DNA from: Oopsacas minuta
Taxonomy: Eukaryota; Animalia; Porifera
Length of the DNA stretch: 64,000 nt
Assembly: GCA_024704765.1 (NCBI GenBank)
Contig: JAKMXF010000099.1
Location: 672,419 to 736,418, forward strand
Direction: 5' to 3'
Under the pieces are notes generated by a model. The model saw nothing but the letters and a program-made list of their open reading frames with translations. It did not search any database and was not told the DNA's origin. Shown one piece after another: positions 24,683-38,252 of this stretch (position 1 is its first letter; the number at the start of each line of letters is the position of its first letter). The translations under genes and the position numbers were made by a program.

Positions 24683-26081
24683 CTGTACCATACTTCTGCT
24701 TTGGTGTTTTTTTTGTAGCAGTACCTGTTATATTGTAGATTTGTAGTTAAAGTAGTGTATAGAAAGCTCAATACTAATTAGTTACTTCAAATATAACGAC
24801 CACCCATAGTATTATATCCAGCTATGGGGTGTCATATATTTAATATTCTGTCCACTATCATAAGTAGAAACCCATGAAAACTTTGTTCCAACATTACTAA
24901 CGCACCTGGAGAGAAGCTGGATCATAACTATGTGATTAAATAGTACATGAATTGTTTCTAACATTGATACGAACACAAACGAACGATCAAAATTGGTTTG
25001 CCTTGGCCGGAGTAATCCAAATTAAACTACCATTTTAGGAAACAGAATATATGCAAATATATGTGTCATATCGGGAATTCCATTAACTAGGTCGAATTAT
25101 CGAGGTACCATAGTATAAAATACGAAATGAAATGTTGCATTGTATATTTAGTGTTGCAGACAGAATTATGTAATAACCAGCTTTCCTTTAAAGTAACAAG
25201 AATTACCTGCAGTGAAATACACTGAATAGCAAACAAATGAGCATGAAAGAGTAGAGTAACAAGCATGTATAACCGCAATATCAACGGTATGAGCATTCCT
25301 ATGGTAATTGTAATGTATAAATCAATACAATTTGACTATAGTGAGTAATACAATTTTCCCCATAGGATTTGGCTTAGGGAGTAAATTTTTCGTGACTTTG
25401 TCAATTTTAATCCGATTATGGATTTCTTTAGCTCTATCAACTTCTCTCAACGAGTTCTTGAACGATGCATATAGGGATTTTTGACCACATTAAAAAGTTG
25501 GGGGTGTAAGATTCTGCAATTGTACCAAACATTCATCAGAAAAATCATATTTACTACACTATGCTGGAAGGGACAACTCTCTTTTTCCAGAAATGCCTAT
25601 AGTACTATTAATATAAATATTCATTATATACAATCTTGAAGCTTTATTGAGTTAACTTCACCAGGCAATCAACTTTAATCTAATATCAAGAATTTTGACA
25701 CCAAGGAATATATACTACCGAATTGCTTACTATAGAAGAGGTCTGGTCACTAGTTTAGACCTTGGATAAACTGAGTTTAATGTATAATGATTTGCAATTT
25801 CATAATGGCCAATTATACGAAACTAGTCTATTTTTCCCCAAATACATGTAATTTTGATGTGTAATAATTCACAAAATCTAATTAGTCAAAGTTTTCATAT
25901 CGATATGACCTCAGTTGTTAAAGTCATTGGCAAATATCTTTATAAACATGCTCCATAATTGACAGAAAGCCTGTTTTGTACAAAGTATAGTCATTTTTTA
26001 TGATTTTTCAGTGTTATCATATCAAATTGTATCATTAGCTAGGGAAATTTGGGTTATGGTATACACTGTATAGTGTGTACT

Positions 26082-26263
26082 CAGGGTTTCATCCAGGCGT
26101 ATGCAACGTGCATACAGGTGCATGCATTTCAGCGAATATGCATCTAGGCGCGTCAAAATTCGAGCCAGACGCCATAGCGTAATTCTATAAATATACTCTA
26201 TCCGCGTGGAATATGATGGGGAAATTTTTGGGCGTATGGTTCACAAATGCTACATGAAACCTG
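26082..26263. mobile_element. hAT-type MITE (182 bp)
   Basis: TIR CAGGGTTTCAT/ATGAAACCTG; perfect 8-bp TSD TGTGTACT. Confidence 0.88.
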
Positions 26264-26559
26264 TGTGTACTACATATTAGCTATCCTGATTTGTGCATAG
26301 TTTCAACAATTATCGAGTTATACTTTGATATTGATAAACATGTGCCATCCTTGACCTTTACAATAGCTTTTAAACATGTCAACATTACCATGACAGATTT
26401 TTGTACTTTTTGGAAAATGTTTTAGATCATTTTCTATTTCTCAATCCATGGGTTAAAACAGGTGAAGCAGTCAACTCTGTGCTGATTACAATGCTGATCA
26501 TGATTATCTTATATTTTATTCCAGTGTTCGGTGGTTATCTTGTGGATCAATGTTGAAAC

Positions 26560-27395
26560 GATTGTGTGAACTACGATTGGAATTATCTGATTTTGGAGAG
26601 AAATCCAACCATGGCTTGTTTGGTAGATGATATAGTTGACACAGTTATGATATCTGCATATTATAGTACTTGTCTAAAAGGATTAATTCATCAATGCAGG
26701 AGGACAATATTACGATTATATGTCCCTTTGAAAATGGATAATTTCAAATTAGATGAATTTATGGATATTGAGAATGGGGCAAAACAAATTAACAGCTTTC
26801 ACTACACTTTGTATATTTTGTGAAGACAAAGAATGGGCATTTAATACGGTGAAACAACGATTCCTGAAACATCTGAATAATCTTAAAGCTAAACTGAATA
26901 CGTATTTACCAGTACTTGATTACCAAAGGTATTTTTGAGTAAATTATCCCTTCCCAGTTGATATCATGAAATCAGAAATAGTGTGTTACTCGAGATTCAG
27001 CGTTGAGGAATTCTGCATGAACGAGTCAAAAGTGTTGGGATGACTAGGTTTTGGATATCGATTCCTATAGAATAAGAACTGCGTTTAATGAATTCACAAG
27101 GTGTTATTACCCGCCAAGATTTACTATCGTGAGGCTGGTTTCTCTGAATTAGTAAACAGTATAACGAATGCAAGGAACTGTCTTGATCCCCAACACAACA
27201 TCCAATGTGCTCTCACGAAGCTAGAAACACGCTATCACAATTTTGTGGTGATATTCATAGTCACTGAAAATAATTTTCCTACTATAGATGAATATCTCAC
27301 TCGCATAATACATTATTGCTTCTTATTGGGCCGCGATTCTCTTTTGGGATTATTTTGGGTCCCGACTTAACAGTTTGGGAAGCCCAGCTCTAAGT
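26560..27395 (+). pseudogene. hAT-Charlie/Buster (ZBED5/FAM200-like) 3' remnant
   Basis: NLWILRM...FTTLC...HLNNLKAKLNTYLP and EAGFSELV...RNCLDPQHNIQCALTKLE; degenerate TTTGGGAAGCCCAG end. Confidence 0.6.
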
Positions 27396-28043
27396 GATTA
27401 AATCACTGTATATTTAGTTTGTCAAGACAGGATTGTACCTATGAAGAATCCATGAAATACCTACCAACTTGTTATTGGGAATAGTAACTCTAGTTAGAGG
27501 AATTTGTTGGAGCTATAAACTTGAAATCTGGATGGAATATGATTCATCTAGCTAGATTTTAAATATCTAGGCGATAATTTTGGAATGCCAATTTGATAAA
27601 CAGGTGACCATAGCCTAGTAAATATAAGGCCTAACAGTTAAAGTACCAGGGATGCGTTATTACCTGATATTGGAGAATTCTGTTATTGTCATAAATATCT
27701 AATCAAAAGGTTCTCTCAATTATTATTAATAATCCCTCGTTGGTATTAAACTAAGATATTGAAGTTCTATTTGAGGTTCATAGAAACTAATATACATTGG
27801 ACAATAATCCAATCAATATACCTAATAAATGTAAATACAGACACTTCACAAAATCATGAGAACTTTTTTAGTTTACGTTTTCTATACCTCTAGAAGTTAA
27901 AGGGAATTAAAGTTCTTAATCTTGTTCGCAAGAAAGCAATTAGCAATAGTAAAAATAATTTTACGTAAGATACCCCATCTAGTAACATTACGGAGATAAC
28001 AGTTTGATTTCAGGATATCAATAATTGCGTCATCTTCCATGTA

Positions 28044-28228
28044 CAGTGGAGTCTCTGAATAACGGACACGTTGGCAACATGGATCTGTTCGTTGTAGAGA
28101 ATTGTCCGCTCCTCGGAGATTGGCTAATTAGTAACTACATGCTTGGCAAATTCAATCCGTACCACGAGGTTTGTCCGTTGTAGGAGGTTGTCCACTTCTC
28201 GGAATGTCCGTTTTTGGGAGCTCCATTG
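28044..28228. mobile_element. pogo/Tigger-type MITE (185 bp)
   Basis: TA-CAGTGGAGTCTC...GGGAGCTCCATTG-TA. Confidence 0.8.
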
Positions 28229-28239
28229 TATATCAATGT

Positions 28240-30060
28240 GAGCTCAGCTGATATTTTCTAGCTGGACCGTGTACAAGTAGATTCGCCAAATGATCATTGT
28301 CCTCAATAGCAAACAGGATCTTCCAGACAGTAATGACAGAGCTGAGAACAGGCTCAGATGGATACTTGAGCCTCCTCGATCTGCTAATTGCAAGAGCTAG
28401 AAATGAAAAATTGAATCACTGTCAGGAATATTTTTTCTCATAAATTAGCGTATCAGTGCACAATCTACACTCTTGGAACCCTTTCAAAATATTTATAGGC
28501 CGAATATTCTCCGATAAAAGCGAAAATCTGGAATATCTGCTGAGTGTATCCAATTGATGATATATTACCAATTCCATCAAGATATGGCTCAAGAACTATT
28601 TGGTCATCACTAGAAGTAATAAAGGGTGAAGTAGTAGATCTGACCAAAGAATGTATGGATTTAGAAGAGTCTTGTTGGTCAGAAAACATTTTTAGGATGT
28701 TAGAGAGCTTAAGACGACGCTCGGTTTCAAGAATCTGAATGTAGGAAATATGATAACTCGAATCGGCCATCATACGATAGAGTCCACAATGATGTTCCAA
28801 TTGGTCTGTTTGCTGAAATGCAGACAAAAGATAAGAAAATCCACATGACTCAGTTAGATAGTTTGTTATCTGTTCTAAAGCAATATAAGCGTGTCTCAAA
28901 CTAGTATACGTTTGCTTACTCAATTTAACCAATTTGTCAGGTAAGGACTACCAAGCATCTAGTCGATACACTATACGAGCTAAATATATAAACGCTCATC
29001 GTGTAAGATCAAGGATGTTGAGGGAGTGTCATTTAAACGGATACCTTTGAAGGGTATACTAACATTGAATATTTTCCACAGAGTAAGCAGGATTCTAACA
29101 AACGTAGAGGTATTATTACGATATTCTCTACAACATTTCTCATTTTGAATCTCAAGAGCAGATAGTGTTAGATCATTAAAAACGTTCAAAACCAATCTGA
29201 CATGCTGTCTTTCTATACTAGAAGGAAAACAAGCTTTTACTGTTAACTGAGGAGCCAGTTTCGCTAAACTTCCTCTTTCAGAGCTGTATAGAAAGCGTAC
29301 ATCTTGGAAAGTTACTGAATGGAGACAAATGGGACTGGCATTTATCAATTTCAAAATCTTCAAACTTGGGGGGAAATACAGTCTTATCAAAATTTTTCTG
29401 ATTCAACCAGTTATTATGTATACTTTTGAGAATATGAGCAAAATCGAATGTGAGGAAGAGAAATCTAGTAGAATCAAATGGGTGAGGCACCTAGTTCCCA
29501 ATTTGCCACTCGGAGAAATTGTTTGAAAAGATTTGCATTCAAAGGATGATTGTCAGTTGAAATTACCTGCACAACTTAAACCACAATTCTCAATATCAAT
29601 GATACACTCTTTGATCATGGGAAATTTCTTTTCAGCGGAAATAGAACCACATGGTATCCACATGTTAATAAACGTGAAATACAAATCCATTTCTTATGTA
29701 TGCTAGATACCATTACCGCGAGCACCGTTCTGGTTGGGTCCTCTGGTCCAAATTAGGAGCAAATATTTTCCCTCCTTTATAAGTAATATCAGATTTAACG
29801 TGTATTTCATCCATTTGAACTATAACAATTCTCTCCAATGAATTGAAAAAACAAGTAGCTTGGTGAGAAAGGTAGAAAATTCTTTTTCAATGCCAAACGA
29901 AGAATGAATGTATTTAATGTGTGAACATGCGGTAGAGAAAGACACACTAAACCCTGGAGATATACGTAACATACTGGAGAAATGAGATGAGTCTTAATTG
30001 ACATGACTTGAGTAATTATATTGTACCCTCGCCTGTTGTATTAACGACCTTGAGACGATC
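28240..30060 (-). pseudogene. P-element (THAP9-like) transposase remnant
   Basis: Motifs SPVCYVYL...LPHVHTL, FDFAHILKSIHNNW, FPSSIERQHV, FQQTDQLEHHCGLYRMM, DRGGxKYPS, broken by frameshifts. Confidence 0.8.
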
Positions 30061-30472
30061 AATATCTTCATGGTGAAGAGCAGTATCCAGGCCTGTTTAT
30101 GTTAAGATGGATTCTCTAGCATTATGAATATTTGCGCTGTCATCTGAGTAATAATACATGTGAAAGCCGGAGCAGAACAGGCACTGGGCATCAGAAGCAG
30201 AAGCGTAAAAGGATTATAAAATTACAATAGGTATGTGATGGATTATCATTAGTGGTAACTAGAGGATGTCAGTGAAATACTTTTCTTGAATATATCTAAA
30301 TTTAAACAATATGATTAATAAAAATCAGAAATCTGAAAAATATAACTGGTTGGTAAATATAATCAGCAAATACTTATCCCAGGTACATAAAGAGGGAGTT
30401 ACTGATAGGCATTATATTTAGTAGCCTATGAGCTGACCATTTTTGTGAATTAATTATAAGCGGTGATATTTT

Positions 30473-32973
30473 CAGGGGTGGACGTGGGGGAACCCCGTTC
30501 CCCCACTAATGTCTCGTTCAACATTTTGTTTGCGAATATAGCATTCTTGTAATAGTTGGACCCACATACATTATATATAATATTTTTAGCTATTTCTTAT
30601 TTTAAGAGATGTTTGACCAATCAAATATGATTGGATTCCTAAATAATTCAGATGATGTTTCAATTTCAGAAAGCAACCAGCAAACGCAAAGTACAACAAA
30701 CGACATGGGCTACGATTTGCTACCCTATATTTCAACGCCCTCGACGGTGGCCGATATTCCAGAAGTATGGACAGGTGAAATGTGGTGTGTGAAAAAGTAT
30801 GATCATCCTTGGTTATTGTGCAAAGAAGGGAGACTTGGGTGCGATTTCTGTGCATCTATTAAAGGTTTAGGTCCACATCGAACACAAGGGGTTTACCGAG
30901 TCCGGAATGGAAAATGAAGAATGTCAAGGATAACAGAAGCTCACAAAGGGCTAAGCTTACATCACTACGGAAAAAGATAATCCAGCATTTGCATTCAGAT
31001 ACACATATTAAAGCAAAAGACATCATGACCCAGCAGGAGAAAAATAATACGCTTGCCCATGTAGATGTTATCAACAGCAAATACTTGGATACTACAAAGA
31101 GAGTTTTCCGTACAAGTTATTATATATCTAAGAATGACAAACCACTGGGAGATCATCAAGGCTTGGTTGACTTGCAAAGTCAAAATGGGGTTGATATGGG
31201 GATTGGATTGCACTCAAGATTCTCTGCAACTGCATTAATTGATCACATTGTTCATGACATGCGTTCTACGATATGCAAGAATATTAAGCAAAACCAGGGG
31301 ATAATTTCCATCCTCATTGATGACTCTTGCACAATATCCGACATTTCAACTCTTATAATCTATTTGAATGTTCAACTGGAAACGTCCGGGGAGCCTCAGT
31401 TCTTGTTCTTGGACTTGGTTAAGTTGACAAATGTTGAGAGTACAAAAGGGATTCATTCCGAATTAGTTGCTTGTTTGAAAAGGCATACATTTGGATTGAA
31501 TATTTGCAAAAAACATTTTATTGCCTTCACTTCTGGCGGAGCCAGCGTCTTAACTGGGCGAAAATCAGGAGTTATGGAGCTACTTGTGAAGGATTTTCCG
31601 AAAATTATAACATGGCATTGTTTGAATCATCGCTTGTAACTGGTAGTTAATGATGCCATTGCAGGTTTGAATGGAATAAATCATTTCAAAATGTTCATTG
31701 AAAAATTATACTCAGTATACAGTGAGTCACCCAAAAACAAACGAGGGTTGAAGGAAATTGCCGAGAATCTAGATTCCAAACTCCTTAAGATTGGGAAAAT
31801 ACTGTGCACAAGATGGGTCGCTAATAGTTATCGAACCGTGATGGCAGTTTGGAATAATTAAGAAGCACTCTAAGTGCTTTACAAGACTAAAATAGCGGAG
31901 AAGGGAAAAAATTCTCCAATGCAGGAGGGCTTAAACAAACGACTTCAATCGCCAGAATTTTTATTGGACTTGGCGCCATGCATGATGTTTTGTTGAGCTC
32001 TCCGAGCTTTCTGAAAACCTACAAAACCGTTCAATTAACATCGTCAAAGCCGACAGATGCATTCGGAGATCCATGAGAAGAATCGAATCATTGAAGCGTA
32101 GGTTTGGAACGAAGATGATGATAACTAACGGTTCAATCAAAGATAGGATATTTGGGATTATTAACCTAAGTTCGAATCGTAGACATATGTGTATTAACGC
32201 GGATGCATTTATTGACAAATTGCTTGATTCAATGAAAGATCGCCTGTTTGCCACGAATGCAGCTGGATCTGTTCGAACACATGATGCCTACAAGAACCGA
32301 ATTGACGAAATTAGCGTTCTTTTGCTTGACTATTGGCCTCAAGATATTTGTTTTGACTATGGTATAGAAGAAGTACGATCACTTTGTAATTGGTTCAGTC
32401 TCGCAAGAAATTCAACAGTGTCTGCATCCCAAGACTATGTTGGCAATCAAGGACGACGAGTTCCTGATGATCTTTATCCCCTACTGAGATGTTGTTCTTG
32501 TATTCCAATTTCATCAGCGGAATGCGAGCTTGGATTCAGTCAAATGAACTTAATAAGCACCTCCACAAGAAACCGTCTTCTCAGTGATCGGGTATCACAC
32601 TTGATGATTATAAAGTTACATGGTCCACCAATTGACTCTTGGAATCCAGATAAATATGCCAAATCTTGGTTACGAGAACATCATACAGCAGATGACCAAA
32701 GAGTAGAAAACACAAGAGGAACGAAACTGACATAGAAGAGAGAGAAGCGAAGAAGTTACTTTGGGAGCTACTGTAGACATGATCTGATAATTTACGCTTT
32801 CTTTTATATCACTAGCACAGAACAAACAAAATTGTAGTTGGTTTAATTGGAATTCCTCGTCGTTGTATGGTAGTAATAGTTTTTGTATTTAAACATCTGA
32901 ATGTAATTATTACAGCATTGTTCTCGCCTAGTGGATAGAGTGTTCTCCTACTAATATTTTTGGGAAAACATCA
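30473..32973 (+). mobile_element. hAT transposon (KIAA1586/ZNF862-like) with a decayed transposase; right TIR not found
   Basis: Left end CAGGGGTGGACGTGGGGGAACCCCG. Motifs NDKPLGDH, ISILIDDS, TSGGASVLTG, HCLNHRL*, TRWVANS, IPISSAECELGFSQMN. The end coordinate is where identity to the duplicate stops. Confidence 0.8.
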
Positions 32974-33358
32974 GTGAATATAAGTAGTAAGTAGGTTTGT
33001 AACCAATTATATTGAGCAGATTTCTTCCTTTTAATGGCAAGCAGACAATTTAATTGAAGTATAAGTTGAAATTATTTGTAATTCTTTATGATCGTAAATT
33101 GATTTTATTAAAAGAAATATGTCAAGCGTACACAGGGTGGGAAAATGGCAATTATGATGCAATAGATACTTACACTGAAGATATATGTTAATATGTTGTC
33201 ATATAAAGTAAATCAACACTGTGGATTTCAAAAATGGCACCGGATTATTAGTTGCAATTCCGGAAATTCGACTATGAAGTAATCTGTGTTATTTTGATTT
33301 AATTATGGTTCAAGAATAAATGAGTTGTAAATTTGGGAGCGTTTATATCAACCAGCCC

Positions 33359-36300
33359 TGTAGCATAAATTAGTGAGCCACTGCATACATAGGCCATGGA
33401 TGAATATCTACTGCAGATTATTGAGGCAGGGTAACAGAGGGAAAACTATATACAGAATATGTAGTCATCATTATGCGATTTATTTGTAGTGTTGACGTAA
33501 TAATGACTTGACACATTTGTGACCAAGATAGCTTTTCGAATTCACATATAAATTGTAAATAATTTTCAAGTAACAATAAAGATGGAAGTATTTTATGAAG
33601 AAATTGTAAAGTTTTTAAAAGTTAGAACATATCCTGATCCTGACGGAGTTTCCTCTGCAAAAAGATGGAATTTTTTAAGAAAAGTTTCACGATATTTTCT
33701 CGGTGAAGATAACAAACTTTACAGGGTAAAACCTCAATATTATTTATAATCTACAGTTGTGCTCGCCAAATGGCAAGTGGAACCTTGCTGAAAATTGGCT
33801 TGCAAATAGGCGAACACTACTGTATATAAATATTTGAGTTATTGATGCAATATCATAAGAACAATTATTTAGAAAGTGGACATCAATGGTTCAATAGTTG
33901 ATTTGGAAGTCCCGTTAGAAACGGAAAGGGATGATATAATCAAAAAACATCATGATCAAGTTGGTCACCCTGGAATCAGTGCCACTGTTGATTCCATACA
34001 GCAACAATATACATGGAAAAGCTTATATACACATATCATTGATTATGTAAGTAACTTACTTGAGTACAGTTCATTCTCAATAATTCGGAAATTGAAGGAA
34101 TAGTGTGCCAAGTGACAGCAACAATTCCAAAATCAACCAAGAAACTTCAACCCATTCAACCTCCTTCTAGAACATGGAAAAACTTAGGCATGGACTTGAT
34201 TTGTGACCTCCTTGTGAGTTCCGAAGGATTTATGCATGTTCTTGTCACAGTTTGCTACTTAAGCAAGTTCGTAGTTGTAAGGCCACTTAAGAGGAAAACT
34301 TCTGAAGAAGTTATTCAAAATCTTCAAGATATCTATGCTACAATGGGATTACCGGATATTATTCAACATGACAAAGGCCCGGCGTTTACAAGCAGTGTAA
34401 GTGATATTAGAACTTAATATATCTGAAAATGCTTAATTAATTAATATATTTTCTTTAGTTGTTTCAGAAATTCCATTGCAAACTACACATTGACAACCGT
34501 AGTACTAGAGCCTATCATCCTATGGCTAACGGGTTGGTAGAGGCACACAATAAAATCTTGAAAACATAAGTTATAATTCCGCAGATTAGATCGGCAAGTT
34601 ACTCAGTGTTTAAGGATATTGAAAAGCTATTATTTATTGATCTTAGGAAGTTAACAAAGATGGAAGTCAAGATAGGCAATCACTGGTCCCAATTACTCAA
34701 GCTCGCATGTCTCACTATGAATTCTACAAAGAAGAAGTCACATGGACAAACTCCTTTTAATGTAATGTGGGGACGGGAGTCAAAACATGTGGATCTGTTG
34801 TTTACATATCCAAACCTGGCTATTGATCCTATAGAAGACTTTGAACAGGAAGACGCTATATTTAGAGAAATTCTATCGCAGCAGTAAAAAATGACTATAT
34901 AGACGATCAAGATGAATTTCCCCGCCATGTTCTGAGCCAGGAGAAGAATTAAGCTGTATCTATGAGACTCGAGACACACGATTCAAATCAGCTGCAGAGA
35001 AAATCCATTCTGAACAACTCAGACAAAAACTGCTATATGATAAAAAGTCAATACCAAGGGGTGAGCTTCTTACAATTTCTTGATATTAGTGCTATATCTA
35101 ACCCATTAAATTAGGTCTTTAATAAAGATGGTGATAGGATCATTTACGCAAACATAAACAAATTAAAACGGTTGCCAAACACGAAAAGTAAACCAAAACT
35201 TTTTGGATCTCATGCAGTCTGTAAAGTCACTGAGAGACACATTACTATTTGTGAAAATATCTCAGGTGCTAAGAAAAACAAAAACATACCAATTGACCTC
35301 GTTCGTTTGTATACAGAACGAAAACCAAAATCCCTCAGACAAGCTAACCCGATGGAAATTAATCACATTCCTTCCAAGGTATGCGAGTTTATTGTATAAA
35401 TCCTGAAATTATTACAATTACTTACATACTTTAGATGTTGCAACGAAAACTTTATGAATTTTCTAGAGAAAAAATACTTTATCACCTCAATAATTTCAAG
35501 GTTTGTACATTTGTATAGAGTAGATCCTCACTAAATAATTAAAGAGTTCGAATAGGTTTAGTATGAAATATGAAAAAAATCATGAGTTTAATCTGGCCTG
35601 GCAGATGCGGCCAGGCATTTGTTCTACCGCATGTATTGCCTCCACCGGACCTGTGTTTGAATATATTTTGCCCATTTCTAATCTAACTTTAGATAGTTTT
35701 GAAACAAAATATTGAGCGACACACCTACATGACACCACTGCATCAGGAACTTCATAAAAATCTCAACGTATTCCACACCTATACCTGCAATACTCTCTTG
35801 TTTGAATTCCTACTCGATTGCAAAGAATACGAAATATTAAGTTTGATTTCTTGGTATTTGTATAATTACACGAAGTTATAGTGTTTGCTCAAATCTATTG
35901 TTAATGAAATACACATAATAAATGATGTAACAATGACATATACACATTGTAGTTCTTTCTCTTGAACATTCTGTATATGAATTCATTAATATTCAGCAAC
36001 AAGAGAAGTTTGATACATGTTTAGTGAAGAAATATACATATGATTGTCTTATTCTAATACAGTGATTCCAATGCTATTTTTATTTTTTGAATACTTTTAA
36101 TCATGAAATATGTATATTATTCCCATAGAGTGGAATCAAAATTAATGATTTTATAGAATTATAGAAGAGAGATATTACCGACACTTTACTCAATTGGACG
36201 ACAGACTTATATCCTCATTTTACAAACATCCAAGCTGCCAAATACACACACAAAGTAGTGTTCTTTCTAGTAAGTTGATCCAAATTTACATTTAGCATAG

Positions 36301-37553
36301 AGTATATACATCCATATTGCAATAATTATAATGATGATCTGTTTAGGTAATTGAGTACTTAAATTTGGTGTTGTGGCAAACATTCCCAGAAAACATCTCT
36401 ACCTATATCCCTTTATTTGATTCAAGTCCAATCATATCTGTGGTCAATGAAGAATGGCTTCGTGATAAATGCAAGTTTCTGGGACTGGTGTTTATATCCA
36501 CCATCAAGCAACCACAAAACCTAGCCTGACTGTCACTCAGTAAATATACATCATGGGAAACTGAAAGAATAGTCGGTGATGGGAACTGTCTTTTCCGATG
36601 TATTTCTAAATATTAACTGGTGCCAGACAAGTCACTTAGAAATTCGCTCAACGATTGCACACTTTTTATCACCAGTGAGGGAGTAACTAGAATTGGTTGG
36701 TATTTTAAACAAAAATTAACTAATCCTTGTAAATACTTCATGAATGAACATCTTGTGTCTTAAGAAGGAACTTGGGGTAGCGATATGGAAATAATAGCAT
36801 TGTCTAATATTCTTGACGTCGATGTGTATGTTGTAAACAACTGCTATGGAAATCAAGGCAACTTAACTCGAGAAGTTCGTTGGAGCTTGCTCAAGGCTCT
36901 AAGAAACCAACAACCGCACTTTACATTTGTAATTATTGTAATCATTATGAGCAGGTCACTTCTATGATTGAGAGTTCTACACCTACTTATGGCGAAACTT
37001 TAGAAGAATCAACAAATATACAAGAATGAATAAAATACAATTAGTCATTATTTTGTGCTAGTATTAAGTTGTTGGGTTAGTAGAGTAATATCATAAATTG
37101 CAAGATTGTATTCTAACCGTGTAATAACAAGTTAAATTTTGTTCATTACAGTATAACCTTCACTAATGTGAACGTCAGAAACCATCAGAATTCGTTTATC
37201 TTATCCAAATTTTGTATTAATAATCGTGAAATCAGTTGGAAAGTATTAAAAAAGACCAAATTTTGGAAAATTACTTGCTTGCTTAACCAGAAGATTCGTA
37301 TTGACGCGTTTGTAATAATAATTAATGAGGTTTCACTGTACACGTATGTGTTGTCAAAAACAAGTATATTTTCAAGTCATGATTGAAATACGTAAATACT
37401 ATTAATAAAAGAAAACCACATAATGACAACTACATATTCTGTATATAGTTTCTCCCTCTGTTATCGTGCCTCAATATTCTACAGTAGATATTCATCCATG
37501 GTCTATGTATACAGTGCCTCAATATTCTACGTGCCTCACTAATCTATGCAACA
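33359..37553 (+). mobile_element. Ginger-type DNA transposon with spliceosomal introns and a C-terminal OTU domain
   Basis: TGTAGCATAAATTAGTGAG / CTCACTAATCTATGCAACA termini, TIRs of about 120-135 bp, perfect 4-bp TSD GCCC. Exons start at ATG 33582; GT-AG introns at 33726-33872 and 34397-34458, plus a donor at 34047. Motifs HHDQVGH, GMDL, HDKG-35-GLVE. Confidence 0.92.
36540..36970 (+). pseudogene. OTU cysteine-protease domain of the Ginger transposase
   Basis: IVGDGNCLFRCIS, EGTWGSDMEIIALSNILDVDVYV, NHYE; frameshifts and a stop. Confidence 0.85.
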
Positions 37554-37579
37554 GCCCTATTTATTGATAAACTTGAGTA

Positions 37580-38252
37580 ACAATGCGTATACTGAATTCA
37601 TTTATCCATTGGATACTTCATGAAATGATACTAATGAATTAGAAATACACTAATTATAAAATGTTATAACAAAAATGTAATTTTTCTAAGAATACATTTC
37701 GTCCGAATCGGTGTGCCCCATACATTTAATGTCAAGAAAAGTATAAGTGGGCGCCTTTGGGAGGCTCTTGAATTTTTGAAAATGAAATTTAGAAAGATAT
37801 ACTATGTGAAATTGTCTTGTATCCAACTTGTAATTCCTTGTATTGGAAGATCGGGGACCTAAAAGGTTGGTCAAGGAGCCGAAATATGGATAAAAATAGA
37901 CGGTCAAAAATGCTTGAGAATGAAAAAACAAAGATTTAATTTGTTTCGCAAAAGAGTTAAAATTAATCACATAATACATACGAATACTGATAAATGCCAT
38001 TGAATGACGTAGAATCCAGGAATGCTGAAATATCGCAAGGATATTTGAAGAATATATATTTGTGGTTTTCAAGTTTTCAAATTTTAAATTTTTCCTAAGT
38101 TTGAGACTTTGGTTAGACATAGTATGAGTTCATTAAACAACTAATAATGGTATATTTCTAGGTTTGAAATAGTGTGGGATCGAATGCACACATACATTTT
38201 GGTAAATAGCGTAGTCAATTTTTCACCTATTACCGCATAGTTCCATACTGTG
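37580..38252 (-). repeat. Non-autonomous element with a CACAGT(A)TGGAA terminus, copy 2
   Basis: Reverse complement begins CACAGTATGGAACTATGCGGTAATA and is collinear with 13838-14680. Confidence 0.55.

Larger units (their letters stand above)
21942..25526 (+). mobile_element. Merlin (IS1595/ISXO2-like) DNA transposon with about 408-bp TIRs
   Basis: GGTACAATTG termini; TIRs 21942-22349 / 25119-25526 nearly identical; perfect 8-bp TSD AAACATTC (21934-41, 25527-34). Confidence 0.95.
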
